DNA of 64,000 nt from positions 248,001 through 312,000 of the forward strand of contig NW_026515669.1 in the NCBI RefSeq assembly GCF_025526975.1. Reading direction: 5' to 3'. Position 1 is the stretch's first letter, and each line of letters begins with the position of its first letter. The stretch comes from Fimicolochytrium jonesii. Lineage: Eukaryota. Of the stretch, positions 37,895 through 51,300 are shown in pieces. A program made the translations under genes and the position numbers. The notes beneath the pieces are model-generated. The model did no database searches, had not been told where the DNA came from, and saw only the letters and a program-made list of their open reading frames with translations.

Positions 37895-39181
37895 TCAGCC
37901 GTCGGCGTTTGTTGCAGGTGCAGCATCGCCCGCTACTTGGAACGTTGTGATCTGCGGAAGGTACGCGCTTGCACCCAACTCCAGCACCCAGCAGTCCCCA
38001 AACACATTGCCGCCGTCATATCCGCCAATCACCCACAATCGAGAGTCACAGAGGACGGCGGTGTGGTAGCCTCTCCCTGCTGGTCTGTCCTTCCCGCAGA
38101 CAGAACGCGTTTCCCAGCTCATGGTCACCAGGTTGAGTAGGAGGATGGTGTTGTTGTAATGCGATCCATCGTGGCCGCCGAGCACGAACAAGTAAGATCC
38201 GATCTGGGTCGCAGTATGCGATAGTCGTGGTGGAGATGCTGCCAAGGTCGGCGTTGACCACGTGAGGGTCTGCAAGTTGAGCATGTGGATGGAGGAGAAG
38301 CATTCATGCCCGTCTGAACCGCCGTACAGGACGAGATGCGGGGTATTTCGAATAAGGTTCGTGGTATGGTATCCGCGACTTTCCGGTTGTGTGCCTGATG
38401 TTGTCAGCTGGGTCCATGTCAGTACGGGAGCCGGGCCGACAGTCAATATCGACGTGTTCAGCTTGTACAGATCGGCCAAGGCTCGGATGCCGTCTCCGCC
38501 GGCGTAGATGTACACGTCTGAACCGTACACAAACGCTGAATGTGCACGGCGCGGAGAAGGGACAGGTCCGGTGGTCTGAGGGGCATACCACACCAGAGTG
38601 ACGGTATCGAGATAGTGCAGGGTATTGAAATAGTTCGGACCGTCTCCGCCCGCGAAAACGACCAAGAACCGATTTTGAACTAATGAGGCAGAATGTGCTC
38701 TGCATGGCGCGGGTATGCTGCCCTGAGTCCTCATCTTCGTCCACCAAAGAGTTTCCGTGTCCAAAATGTGGAGATCTGCATAGCAAGTATCCGCATCGCA
38801 CCCTCCAAACACGTACAGCTTGGAGCCTACGACAGTCGTGGTGTGCGCTCGAAGAGGTGGAGGTTTCCCACTTCCTTTTGGGCGGATTTCGGCCCAGTGC
38901 ATAGCCGCGGCAGGTTCCGACACTGCCTCTTTCTTCTGTGCCTGTTGGCCGCTCTGGCCTTGGATATGCTCCTGAGCTGCTTGCCCCGTGTTCTGTGAGG
39001 AGTTGTAGCTAGCCGTTGCTTTCAGCGAGGTGTTCCGATCCCGAGAGTTAGGCGTGGGAGGCGCTTGCTGAGCTTGGGCAAGCCGTGCGACCGACGAGCC
39101 CCGCGCTGAAGCGGAGGGTGAAGAGACAGCAGAGCCAGCTCCTTGGACATCCGCGAAGGCGGCAGTCGGCGGTATGGTCAT
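37895..39181 (-). CDS. Kelch-repeat beta-propeller protein, intronless
   Basis: Six kelch repeats with the 'P.PR.AH....V...LYVFGG.D.....D...L...T..W' pattern. Confidence 0.9.
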   Translation of the reverse strand: MTIPPTAAFADVQGAGSAVSSPSASARGSSVARLAQAQQAPPTPNSRDRNTSLKATASYNSSQNTGQAAQEHIQGQSGQQAQKKEAVSEPAAAMHWAEIRPKGSGKPPPLRAHTTTVVGSKLYVFGGCDADTCYADLHILDTETLWWTKMRTQGSIPAPCRAHSASLVQNRFLVVFAGGDGPNYFNTLHYLDTVTLVWYAPQTTGPVPSPRRAHSAFVYGSDVYIYAGGDGIRALADLYKLNTSILTVGPAPVLTWTQLTTSGTQPESRGYHTTNLIRNTPHLVLYGGSDGHECFSSIHMLNLQTLTWSTPTLAASPPRLSHTATQIGSYLFVLGGHDGSHYNNTILLLNLVTMSWETRSVCGKDRPAGRGYHTAVLCDSRLWVIGGYDGGNVFGDCWVLELGASAYLPQITTFQVAGDAAPATNADG

Positions 39182-39514
39182 CGGCGAGAAGGTGGTCCGT
39201 GTCGGAGAGAGTTTTGCGAGTTCTCACTTATACTGCAGCCTGGGAAGCTTCACAGCGCAGACACAAGTATGAGGTGCCCAGCGAGGTCAAGACGTTTGCG
39301 GTGCTATATATATGCGTCTCAAGCTGTCTATGTTGTAATCCTCCTCGTTGACGGTAGCTCAACTGTAATGGTTATGGCGGTTCCCGAATGGTTGGCGAAG
39401 GAGGTTCTGAGGAAGTCTGAGGAGGTTCTTATCGCTCGCGTTGTGGACATTTTGACGAATCCTTCGTTTCCCGAGAGCATACCACCCACTTTTTCCTCTG
39501 CTAACCGTTATACC

Positions 39515-40475
39515 ATGTCCAACCAGCGAAACGTGGTGCTGGAAACCTCGGCAGGGACCTTCACCGTCGAGCTATACTGGAACCACGCTCCACGGACTTG
39601 TGAGAACTTTTACCAATTGGTGAGTTGCGACAGCTTTTATATACTGGGAAGTCTAAAGGCTAATCCCCAGATTTCCAGGCAAAACGGGGATATTACAACA
39701 ATGTCAAGGTATGTTATAAATGGGAGTCGTGGAGCGCTGTCCATGTGCGCTAACGATCGGTCTCTTTCATAAAGTTTCATAGAATCATACCGGTAAGTGG
39801 AAGTCTGGCCGCTCGAGCGCATCTTCGTTGAGTCGTTAACTGACTGCTGTGATGTTACAGGACTTCATGATACAAGGAGGTGGGGCATGGAAAAGGAGTG
39901 CATTTCGCTTTTGAAATGTATTGAGATGCATCCTCTTGCAGGCGATCCAACTGGAACTGGGCGAGGAGGGACGAGCATATATGGGTATGCTTCCGACACT
40001 TTCCGTTCGGCATCATATTCGGAAACATCAGAGTAACAGCATCAACAGGGACAAATTCCCAGACGAGATACATCCGCAACTGAAGCACACTGGAGCAGGC
40101 ATTCTGTCGATGGCCAACAGGTTCGAGTACTTCTGGCGACGTGGTCTCGAGTTGTCGTCGACTTAAGCAAATTGGATTTCAAACAGCGGACCAAACACGA
40201 ATGGATCACAGTTCTTCATTACGCTGGCGCCAACGCCGTGGCTTGATAACAAACATACGATTTTTGGGAGAATCAGTGAAGGAATGACGGTCATCAAAAG
40301 GATAGGACTGGTATGCAAATGGGGTCTGGCGACACGACTGTTGCAGTTGATACTCACAGGGCTCTTCTCTCAGGTCCCAACGGACGCCGCTGATCGCCCG
40401 AAAGATGACATCGTGATTTTGCGGACTCAAACTAGGGCATCCTGTGATGGGACCGAGACCGATTCCGCCCCATAG
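39515..40475 (+). CDS. PPIL1: Spliceosomal cyclophilin PPIL1, 8 exons
   Basis: '[103 protein letters not shown]'. Confidence 0.93.
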
Positions 40476-41170
40476 CAAACGAGGGCTGTAGAGCCAGGCC
40501 GGACGATGTACAGCTCAGTTCGCTTGGGGATGGATATCAGCTGCATCACGGCGTATATAGTCCTGGCGTAAAGCAAGCTGGTCATATATGTAGCCTAGAA
40601 GTAGGTGGCACAGATCTTTCGCTTTGGGCGAGATATTTATCAGACTCCCTTGCCTGTGCACGTTGTGTCGTTGGACGTTGGAGATCAAGGGGTCGTCGCT
40701 CATAAAGAAGAAGGGATTGAGCTGCAGGTTGCTTCTTTTTACCACGGCGGGCCATTCGGATAACGCCTGTCCGCGGATCTCCTTTCGCTATGCTCATAGC
40801 AAACGGAGATCTAATATCAAGGCTCCCATATCACCACCGATTCCTGTCTCCACGCACAAAACCACGCCTTGTGGTGCAGAACCTCCTCCAGAATACCAGC
40901 AAGCACTATCCCCTCCAGCTCCCCCAGTCGATGATTGTTTCCGCAAACTGAATGTGTTGCAGTGTGCTCAGCATGCAAAAGCCCCCTCGCCGTCTCCATC
41001 CTTCGTCAACTTCTGCGCATGTTTCGAAATTGATGCTGTGCGAAATGAACAAATGCAGAGGATCTTTCAATCGGTATATTCGTATCCAGCGTTTATGTTC
41101 TCGTGAGCCAGTCGGTCAAGGGTCGCTCTCTAACGTAGCCTCAGGGATGCAAGGTAGGAAAGGGGACAAT

Positions 41171-41576
41171 CTAGATGCTGGCACGGCCGGTGAAAGGCTG
41201 ACGGAGAAGCTCGGGCTTCTTGAGCTCCTCCTCCATGTATGCGACGTATCGCTTCACGTAGTTCTCCTCCTCCTTGGATTGGTACTGAATTGGTGCCGGG
41301 GGTTGCATTTTGCGGTATTGGACGAAACCGGTGATGAGGACGACGTAGGCGAGCATACCGTAACCGGCCATCTGAAGAAGAGTCGGTGAGAAACACAGTG
41401 AACATGAACGACACTCAAAGACACTCAAAGACCCAGCGTTGATTTGCGATAGTTCTTTGGCAGCGGATTGGCAGCCTCAGCACTCGAAGTTTCGGGGTCA
41501 TGCATGCACGAACCTTGTAACGGGGAATCTGCTTTCCAAAGACCGTGTAGGCCTCATAGGGGTTTCCTCCAGCCAT
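41171..41576 (-). CDS. ATP19: Mitochondrial ATP synthase subunit k, 2 exons
   Basis: 'MAGGNPYEAYTVFGKQIPRYK|MAGYGMLAYVVLITG...SKEEENYVKRYV' matches the Atp19 pattern Y.(I/V).G+.IP, TM helix, then EE.F/Y(I/V). Confidence 0.7.
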
Positions 41577-41705
41577 CTTGTCGGCGTTTCGTTATGCGAG
41601 TGTCGATGGGAGTGGGTGGGTGTTGCGACGGTTTACGCTGTGGGAAATCTCAAGCGTTTGAGCTTGACCGTCGTGCAATTGCGTTGCCCTCGGCCGATTC
41701 CGGGG

Positions 41706-41715
41706 GTCACGTGAC
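41706..41715. promoter_or_regulatory. Palindromic E-box GTCACGTGAC in the 226-bp divergent ATP19/RPB12 promoter
   Basis: Perfect 10-bp palindrome (Cbf1/USF-type site) between two head-to-head start codons. Confidence 0.45.
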
Positions 41716-41802
41716 TCGCCAACTTTCTAAGCTCATCGTCAACTCTCCTGCAGCTGGAGATTTGACAAAAGCGTTCTCGCAAACGGCAAACGACCCTTCA
41801 AA

Positions 41803-42143
41803 ATGGACCAACCAGGCGCACAACAACCTCGTGTGGACGTCACTTACGTCTGTGGTGGTAATGTCTTGCATGCTTTGAGTCCGTCAGGACACCTGATCTC
41901 TGCGTGACCATCCCTGAAGTTGACAATGTCTGACAAGCGTTCTTTTCCAGAATGTGGGGCGGATAACACAATCAAACCCCGCGAACCGATACGGTGTAAG
42001 GACTGTGGTTACAGGATCATGTATAAGAAGCGGACGAAGAGGAGTAAGTTCGACTGATATAGGAAGCCTATGCGGCTTGCCCAAGTGGACGAACTGTAAC
42101 CAACTCTTCTCCACTTGCAGTGGTGCAATTCGAAGCTCGTTGA
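41803..42143 (+). CDS. RPB12: RNA polymerase I/II/III shared subunit RPABC4 (Rpb12), 3 exons
   Basis: '[44 protein letters not shown]'. Too short and fragmented to appear in the ORF track. Confidence 0.95.
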
Positions 42144-42564
42144 GCATCGAGGTCTCGCATTAGTCGAAGTCGAGGGAAGGAGAATCCACTGGGGAGGAGT
42201 GCCGAAGATCTGCTAAAAAGACCGGAATGGAGAAGGGCTGAAACGCAGCCAATGGGCTCCCCACATATCCAGCGTACTGAGTGTTTGTACATACCAAGGG
42301 AGACGACAAATTTTGAGAGTAAGACTCTAGTCAATAATGATATTTATTCGTTGAGGGAAAACGACGTCTGAAAAGAATAAAAGGGATGCCGGTTGTATGT
42401 GGTAAGAGGGGAGAGGTATTTGTCATAGATGTTACGAAAACAAAATCTTTCGACTTTCGTTCGAGAAAGTAGTGTCCGCGAGTGGGCACGTAAGGATAGC
42501 AAACGAAGATAAACACATAAGGTAACAAAAACGGGAGAAACCAAGATTTTCTGCCAATGGTTGT

Positions 42565-44336
42565 CTACATCAGCATGCTTCCGAGGCCAGCGTACTGCAT
42601 GGCCTTGACCGGTGGGTGCTAGAAAGGCAAGAACGGTCAGAATCCGATACAGCGGGACAATTGCAAAACGCGCAAGAACTTACCTCTACAGCACTGTATT
42701 GATTGTATTTGAGCTTCAAGTCGGGTGTGATATGGATATATGCTCCTTTGTTCCCAACACTGTCGCAGTAGTTCGGTGCGCTGAAAATGGTGATACCTGC
42801 GTTGCAAATGATTACGTTAGTCTGCTGCACCTCGATAGTGTATGACAAGACGAGCAATAATCTTACATCTGCCGTTGTGATCAACTTGATAGCCATCCTG
42901 TTTCACTTCGTGACTTCGGATGATCATGTCAAGGTTGTTAAGCTTACAGAAAGCTTCTGTCACGTCCGGTCCGAACTGTATTCCCACGCCACGCTTGGAT
43001 GGCGAACGCCCAGGCTCGTTTTGCGGGTCTGACCATAGAAGTTCGCACATGAGACCTTCCGATCCGGGTTGCTTGAAACGATCGATCTTGCGAATTTCAT
43101 CCATCGTCACGTCGTCTCTACTGAAGAGTCCTCCGTGAATCACAAAGATCTTCTCATTGATAAGGTTTCCGATGGGAATCGCGTTGAAGATCTCGCTAAA
43201 TAGCTTGAACGTGGCGTCGCTGTACTTTGCTTTCACTTCTCCCTCGAACCCGTAAGTCCTGTTCATATCGTTTGTCTCGTGGTTTCCTCTGCTCAGGAAG
43301 ACGCTGTTTGGGTACAACAGCTTGAAGGCAAACAACGTCGTGACACACTCCACACTGAACGACCCGCGATCCACAAAGTCGCCGTTCCACAAATATGCGT
43401 TCGTCTCGGATGGGAGGCCGTTCACGTCCAGAACATGGAGGAGGTCGTAGAACTGGCCGTGGATGTCTCCGCACACGGTAATCTTTCCCTCCTCCGGAAT
43501 CGTCACGTCGATAATGGGCGGTTGTGCTTCGAAGTACTCTTTAACGGCGAACAGGATTTTGTACAGGTATTTGCGATGCAACTTCTTTTGCTTCCTCATG
43601 TGCTCTAACATGTCCTTGACGAACTCCAACGTGACGCCGGTTTCAGGGAGATGTGGTCCATCGTACGAAGAATCAACGACCATAGAATCAACGTCGCCGA
43701 TCATGTCCTTTATGGATCGCTTAACCTCGTCAAACGCGATCGCTGCTTCGAATGTGATCCGCTTCAGCTCCTTTTCACAGTCCGCTAACTTCTTCCGGGC
43801 ATCGGCGTCCTTCGGTGCTACCTTGCACACTGCACGGAAATCCTTCACAGCTTCCTTCAGCTTGCCCAAGGCCATGTTCCCCGTCGCCCTCCGGTAATAT
43901 CCCTTCACATAGGTGGGGTCCAGCTCGATAGCTTTATCGGCGTCCCTGATCGCGGCCGCGTAGAATTCCGAGCGAATGTACGCTGTAAGGATGACCCACG
44001 CGTTAGCCGTACGTGATCAAGATTTCTAAACCATTGCCCCGCTGCATCGTACCAAAGCCACGGTTGGCATAATATGCTGCTACATTCGGATTGTGCGAGA
44101 TTGCCTCCGTGTACTTCTCTATAGCTTGTTCATAGTTCTTCGCCGCGAAGAGCTTGTTTGCCGCGTCTTTCGCCTGAGGGGACACGGGTATACATCTTAT
44201 GATAAGACAAGGGGGGTCCGTGGGTTCCATTCACCCAACGTCAAGCAGGCTTTGACCGACTCACCGCTTCTGCCTTGGCCTTGTCAGCATCGGTCACATT
44301 CAGAGGGGCAACGTCGACGGGATCTCCGGAAGCCAT
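42565..44336 (-). CDS. PPT1: Serine/threonine protein phosphatase 5 (TPR plus PPP domain)
   Basis: TPR segments 'KDAANKLFAAKNYEQAIEKYTEAI' and 'KGYYRRATGNMALGK'; PPP motifs GDIHGQ, GDFVDRG, RGNHE, HGG, RSHE, SAPNYCD; C-terminal 'HPPVKAMQYA'. Confidence 0.95.
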
Positions 44337-44720
44337 GGTTGAAGCGACGGGCGACAAGCAACGAGTCCAGTCAACGAGTAAGCTCGACAATAAGGATGCA
44401 CTACAAACAAGGGAAGAAGTTTCAGAGACAGACTGCTGTGCCGAGTTTGTGAGGCAATACGTCGGAGGAGGAATTGGCAGGCTTTGGAGTTTGGGAGCAG
44501 GTTTGGGAGGCCAGCGTTCGAACACGTGATGATCCAGTCAGATTAATCGGTTTTATATGATTCGTGGGCGGTTTGCATGTGCAAGATGTACATTTATGGT
44601 CATACTGTATAATACATGTGGTGATTCGTGAAGGCGGAAGCAAAGCGGAATACCCGTAAGCGACAGCGAGAAGGAAGGAGCGTCAGCAACGGAACGGATC
44701 GAGAGGGCGTTTTGATGAAC

Positions 44721-46614
44721 TTAGTAGGCGCTTGCTTGGCCATTCTTGCGAGGGTCGCTAGCAGCGGCATACGTGCCGTTGGGAAAGAGCGTCACGATTT
44801 GAACGTTTGATGTTCTTGCGCCGTTTGCAGAGAAGGTTACGTTGTGCCCTCTGTCGCGGAGAGCTTGCGCGAGAGTCTTACTATAGTCGAAATCCAAGTT
44901 GGCCTAAGATGAACAAAAGGAAATGACAATCAGTATGCTGGCCAGGAAATGACCTTGACTTCTGCAAGTATTCACTTACGATGTTGGGAATGAGCTGGTG
45001 GTGAGCACGAGGATCCGCGACAGTTTTGAAAACATCCGCTCCGAAATCGTATGTATCGAGGATAGCTTGCGCGGTAGCTGTGATGATCCGCGAGCCGCCA
45101 CTGGCTCCGACGACCGTCTCCAGTTTACCGTCGCGCAAAATGATGGTCGGAACCATGCTGGACAACGGGCGCTTGCCCGGCCGGATAAGGTTGTTTGGCG
45201 AGGGCGGAAACCCGAACGCATTCGGTACACCGGGGGTGGCGAAATCATCCATCTCGTTGTTAAAGATGATGCCGGTCACATTATCGCGGACTTGCGATCC
45301 GAAGATCAGATTGACGGTCGAGGTCAGTCCGACGGCTAGACCGTGCCGGTCAATTGCGCTGATGTGAGCCGTTCCTGGGGTCTCTTCCCCGTCATACTTC
45401 GGTCGGTAGTATCCCGGCTCGAACGTCCTTGTGTCCGAAATGTTGGCACGGATGTTGGCCGCCGTCTCCTTATCGATGAACTCTTTCACGCGCGCCTCAA
45501 TGTCCTTAACGAATTGAGGATCGCCTAGCTCCGTTCTCTGCGCATAACCGAACTTGAAGGCCTCAATGAGACGGTGAAGGTTCAGGCCTGTGAGACCGTC
45601 CTTTGCGAAATTGTATCGTTCTACGATATTCAGAACGCTCAGCAGAATGGCCCCGGACGACGGGGGCGGCGGCGTGATGATCTCAAGTCCTTGGTACCAT
45701 CCTTTGAGGGGCTTGCGGAGTTTTGCAGAGTAGTTGGCCAGATCGCGAGTGGTAATAATCCCTCCGTTTTGTTGCACGGCCTTTGCGATGGCTTTAGCAA
45801 TGTCACCCTATCATAGCAACGTTTCAGCACCTCAGAGAAGAACATGCCGTCTTGCTTCCATGCCTACCTTGTAGTACGCTGACGCGCCCTTCTTCGCGAT
45901 TGTCTCCAAGGTCTTGGCAAGCACCGGATTCTTGAACTCCTCTCCTTCCTTCAAAAGCGCACCTTTGGGTGCGTAAATGGCGGCGAAGTTTGTGTTGTTG
46001 AGAATCCAGGGGGAGACGGAGAGGCGGTAGGCCAACTCGGTTGTTACGGGGAATCCATCACGGGCCAGCTTGATCGATGGGTCGAACAAACGAGCCCAAG
46101 GGAGCGTCCCGTAACGCTTGTGTGCCAACTCGAAGCCCCTGATCTCCCCAGGGACACCCACGCCCAAACCGCCGATCTGAGAGAGTTTAGGGTTGGGAAC
46201 GAACAGCGTTTCATTCGCAGACGCCGGTGCCGTCTCCCGGAAGTCGATGATTTCTGCATGTCCCTTCGGCGTACGAACGATCATAAACCCACCACCCCCA
46301 ATGCCGGAGGAGAATGCATTTACCACTCCCGTGCACAGAGCAGATGCGATGGTTGCATCGACGGCGCTGCCATTCGCCTTTAGAATCTCAACTCCGACGT
46401 TGGAGCAGATTCCAGACTCGGTGGCCACCGCACCATGGCTCCCATACGCCGGACCGTACTTCGTGACTGGAGCCGAACTAACTTCATTGCGCCTGAAAAG
46501 CAAAGGAAGAGGCGTTGCTTGGACAGGTTGCGCGGAAATCAAGGCTACGGTCGCTATTATGAATAGGCTCCAGGCCCTGTAGTTCCCATCATTGGCGCCC
46601 CGCGTCTCGGTCAT
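44721..46614 (-). CDS. GGT: Gamma-glutamyltranspeptidase
   Basis: 'GAVATESGICSNVG', 'SSGIGGGGF', 'IDFRETAP', 'VGVPGEIRG', autocleavage site 'GTAHISAID', 'NNEMDDF', 'PGKRPLSSM', 'GASGGSRI', 'ASDPRKNG'. Confidence 0.95.
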
Positions 46615-47844
46615 GATACTCTATTCGGATCTGTGGAGCAGAAAGTGGTGTTAGAGAGCGGTAATTCGAGATGACGAGGCTTTAGCATGATGCAAGTAAC
46701 GTACCTGATGAATGCTGCTGTGGAGGTGCCTTTGACTCTGCCCTTGCCTCTGCGAAGAACTGAGGGACCTTTCCAAATCTGGATTTGACACCGCCGGGGT
46801 ACGGCCTTTATATCCTCCGCCGATCACATTCCTGGGGGAAGTAGAAAACCGTGGGGTCCTGCTGCCACTGTGAGGTGTGCTGAGAAGAGCGTGTCAAGGC
46901 GTTCGTCGGCTAGCCATACGAATTGCGCCATCAAGTCCCACGCGTCCTAGTGGCACAACAACCACAACTGAGGGCTCCGACTGGAGAAAAACCCTTCCTT
47001 CCGCTCGGGATCTTATTCTACCGCGAACCCTGAACATGAACATTACAAATGCTCGCAAAGATTCCAAGTTCATCGATATCATCAATAGCAGCATGAGCCT
47101 GCGGCGATGCTTGTGCTGCAGGGACGCGGAAACATTGGCCAAATCTGTCCTGATTGACAGTATTCGACTCGCTGTCGTTTTGAAACGCATGCTGTCACCA
47201 CCACAAAACAACTCCGACTCCTCCGAGCTCCGTGTACGGCAGAAGCAAGTGCATGTGCTTCATGTGGTGCATGACAAAATTGGAGCTTCCCGTGGAGACA
47301 TTGGAGAAAGTTCAGGAGGCCGTAGCAGTCGAAGACAATTTGCGTTGTAACTTCCAGCAATCAGTACATAGGGATAATCAAGGCACGTCTCTGCCATTAC
47401 AGTGTGGGTTGGGCCAGGTGTTGGCGTGGGCTGGTGATCTCCTTCCCGGTTCTGTGCCCATGCAGCCTTGTCAACAAACTGGTGGATCCGCGCCCCGGGC
47501 CGCATAGCGAGAGGGTCATTTGGGAGAGCCAGAGCAAAAATGTCGTCTATAATACATAGGTGAGTGTGCTGTGTCAATGCATGCGGGAACACGGTCCGGT
47601 CGCCTTACCTGGAGACAGCTTCTGCCCCTTTTTGCGCCACTTGAATTCCAGGTAAGGGGCATACATTCCCCACATGTCTCGCTGACCTTGATCCATTTTT
47701 GCTTTGGCCAGCGCGGCAAAGTATGGATGATATGGCGGACACCCGCTCGCATATGGGTATCCCTCATGGAAGGCCGATATCTCGCGAAAACGTGTTCGTT
47801 GACACTCCTTCACGAATGCCTGATTGTAGCGTTCTTTCACAAAC

Positions 47845-48375
47845 TGTTATGAATGGGCGGAGCCGACGGAAATAGAGGCGACTTGTGGTGCAGGTTGTTG
47901 ACAGGTAATGGTATTCAGACCAAAACAAGAACTAGAACAAGACTAGGAAGAACTGGTGTTGATCTGCTGGGGGATCAGGAAGTGGGGAGCTCAGGGGAGG
48001 CGGCTATTTATGCTTTTCTGGGAAGGCTGGGGAAGCGTGGGGAAGCAGAAGGGTACGGAATGGGAGGGAAGCCAAGAGAAGCGCCAAGGGTGGGGGAAGC
48101 ATAGAAACAGAAGACTGGGGATGGGGTGGCTACGCTGAGGCTGTGGGCGGGTACGTGGGGAAGTATGGAGAAGGGTTTGTAAGCGCCGAGTGTTGGGAGG
48201 TGTGGCTACGTGCGGCTGCGTGGAGAAATGAAGGCAGTGGCAGGTGTGGGGTAGCGCGGCTGCGTGCGGCTGCAAGGTTTGGCAGATGTCAGGTTTTGAC
48301 AGGGAATTGACATTGACTGACTGTTGGGATGCTGTCATGAGGTAAGCGCATGGTATGGACGCGTCGTCCATAACA
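47845..48375 (-). repeat. 3' LTR of element 1
   Basis: Direct repeat of 53194-53724; PPT adjacent. Confidence 0.97.
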
Positions 48376-48387
48376 TCACCCCCTCCT

Positions 48388-51300
48388 TTAGCCACGGCGT
48401 CCGGATGTTGTTTTGATGTTGGCAGGCTTTGGTCGGGGTTTGTCGGGGTACTTTTGGTGGAACTGGGCAACAAGCTCTTGACAGCGGGCAAGGTGTTCCA
48501 CTGGCTCCCATGTGTTCTCCGAGCTTGGCCAACCCTGCCACTTGATGAGGTACTGAAGGTGCGTGCGTCGAATACGGGAGTCAAGAATGTCTTCCACAAT
48601 CCATTCCTCCTTTCCTTTGACTTCTTCTGGTGGGGTGGGTTCTGGCTCAGTTCGCTCCGGAATGGTGAAACGTGGTTCAAGAAGGGAGACATGGAAGACG
48701 TTGTGAATTTTGTAGGATGGGGGAAGCTTGAGGCGATATGTGACCGAGTTGATCTTCTCCGTGATTGTGAAGGGGCCAATCTTACGGTGATCAAGTTTCT
48801 GGGAAGGTCGGAGAGTCTTGAGATTCCGCTGTAAGAGCCAGACACTGTCCCCGGGTTTCATGTCTGGGCCAGGTGCCCTCTTAGCATCGGCAAAGCGCTT
48901 CATGCGTCCTTGGGCCTCCTTGAGCTCAGTGGCAAGCTGTTCATGGATTTCCTTGAGATGGTTGGCACGAGCTTCGGCTGCAGGATTAAGGGATTCGGTT
49001 GTGGTGGCGGAAGCCAGACTGAATCGAGGATGGAACCCATAGTTGGCATAGAAGGGGGTTGTCTGGGTGGCGGAGTGGATGGTGTTATTGTAAGAGAACT
49101 CAGCAGAAGACAAGAGTTCCTTCCAGTTATCTTGTTGATAGTTGCAAAAGCAGCGAAGGTATTGCTCAAGAATCTGATTGGTCCGCTCGGTTTGTCCATC
49201 GCTCTGGGGATGGAACGCCGATGAGAGGTTGACCTTGGTTCCCAGGAGAGCGAAGAGGACGTTTCCAGAAGTGGGAGTTGAACTGTGGGCCACGGTCAGA
49301 TACAATATCGTCGGGGAGTCCATGGAGCCGGATGACATGGTGCCAGATCAGATCTGCAGTTGACTCAGCGGTGGCAGTTTTCCTGCACGGTACAAAGTGC
49401 GCCATCTTGGTGAACCGGCAGATGACAACGAGCACAGAATCAACCCCATCACTGGCGGGTAGATCCGTGATGAAGTCCATAGAAATTGACCCCCAGGGGC
49501 GGTCAGGGACCTGCAGGGGTTGGAGGAGTCCGTAGGGCTTGTGTCTGCTGGTCTTGGCGTGAGCACATACGTTGCAGGACCTGATGTAGGACTTGACAAA
49601 ACGCCACTGGCTAGGCCACCAGTAGTTGCGTGAGATGAGCTCCAGGGTCTTTGACATGCCGTAGTGTCCTGCCAAATGCGTGTCATGCATGTCCCGGCAG
49701 ATCTCAGCACGGAGCTTGTTGGTGGGGACGTAGACAAGGTTGTCGTACAGCAGAACCCCATTTTCCTCGGAGAATTGCTTTATCCGTTCTTGGTCTTCTT
49801 GAGATTGCTGGGCAATGGGGGCCCTAAGCTGTCGCCGGATGGTTCGCGCAAACACATCGGATGCCAGGGCAGCTTTGATTTGGTCAAGGAGCGAGGAGTC
49901 CAGTGGGGTCAGATAAGTGGCGGCCAGGCGGAGATGGTCAGGGGTGAGGATCGTGGTTTCCTGGGAGCGGAATGCTTCTTCCCCCTCCCTTAGCTCGTAT
50001 TCAGAGCAACGAGAGAGGGCGTCAGCTTGGTGTTGCTGGGTACCAGGGCGGTATGTGATGACAAAGTCGAAATCAGCAAAGAAGATTGACCAGCGGGATT
50101 GGCGGCAGTTGAGGGTACGGGTAGTCATGAAGTACTGGAGGTTCTTGTGGTCACAGTAAACGATGACCTTGTGGCGGGCGCCAATGAGGTGGTGTCGCCA
50201 TTGAGCAAATGAGTCTTGGATAGCCAGGAGTTCCTTGTCGTAGATCTCATAGTTGATTTCCTCAGGAGTAAATTTGCGGGAGTGAAAGGCCACGGGGTGG
50301 AGTTGATCTGTGTCATCGGGTTGAAGGAGGACGGCGCCAAGGGCAAAGGCGGAGGCATCGGATTCAACAATGAAGGGCATGTCAGGGTCGGGGTGAGTCA
50401 GGATAGGTGCGGAGGTGAAGGCTTTCTTGAGGGTTTCAAAAGCTAGGTGTGCAGCGTGGGTCCATTTGAATGGCAAGTCTTTGCGAGTGAGCGTGGTCAG
50501 GGGTGCAACGATCGCAGAGTACCCTTTGATGAATCGCCGGTAGAAGTTGGCAAAACCAAGGAAGCGCTGGATGCCTTTGACATTTGTCGGGGGTTCCCAT
50601 TCAGTAATGGCAGCCGTCTTCTTTGGGTCCATGGAAATGCCTTGCTGGGAGATGATAAACCCCAGGAACTCAACAGAGTCACGGTTGAATTCGCATTTTT
50701 CCGGTTTCGCGTACAGCCCGTGCTGGCGGAGTCGTGAGAGCACCTCTCGGACGTGGTTGGGGTGGTCTTCTGGGTTTTTTGAGAAGATCAGAATGTCGTC
50801 AAGGTAGACCACAACAAAAACGTCAAGAATGTCACGGAATATGTCGTTCATGAGGTGTTGGAATACTCCAGGGGCATTGGTGAGCCCAAACGGCATGACA
50901 TTATACTCGAATAGGCCGTAGTGACATCGGAACGCTGTCTTCCATTCATCCCCTGGCCGGATCCGAAGAAGGTTGTAGGCTCCCCGGAGGTCAATCTTGG
51001 TGAGCCGGCGTGCCCCTCGAAGACGATCCATGATGCTGTTAATCAAGGGCAAGGGATAGCGATTCTTGATGGTGATATTGTTGAGTCCACGATAGTCGAC
51101 GCACAGACGGAGGGAACCGTCCTTTTTCTTGACAAAGAGGACTGGGGCACCGGCGGGAGACTTGGAGTGCTTGATGAACCCCTTAGCTAGGTTCTCTTCA
51201 AGGTAGTCACAGAGTGCCTGCATTTCAGGCTCGCTGAGACTATAGATCGGGCCGAACGGTGGCTGTTTGCCCTCTTCTAAGTCGATGGGACAGTCGTAGG

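Noticed and set aside
37895..39181. Intronless kelch gene as a retrocopy or horizontal transfer
   Set aside because: No poly(A) tail, TSD or compositional anomaly; it shares a normal divergent promoter with PPIL1.
40500..41130. Possible gene between PPIL1 and ATP19
   Set aside because: Only short stop-interrupted frames with no recognisable motif or consistent splice pattern.
47991..48845. 284-aa ORF as an env-like third gene
   Set aside because: It overlaps the pol end and LTR in another frame, and has no signal peptide or TM pattern.
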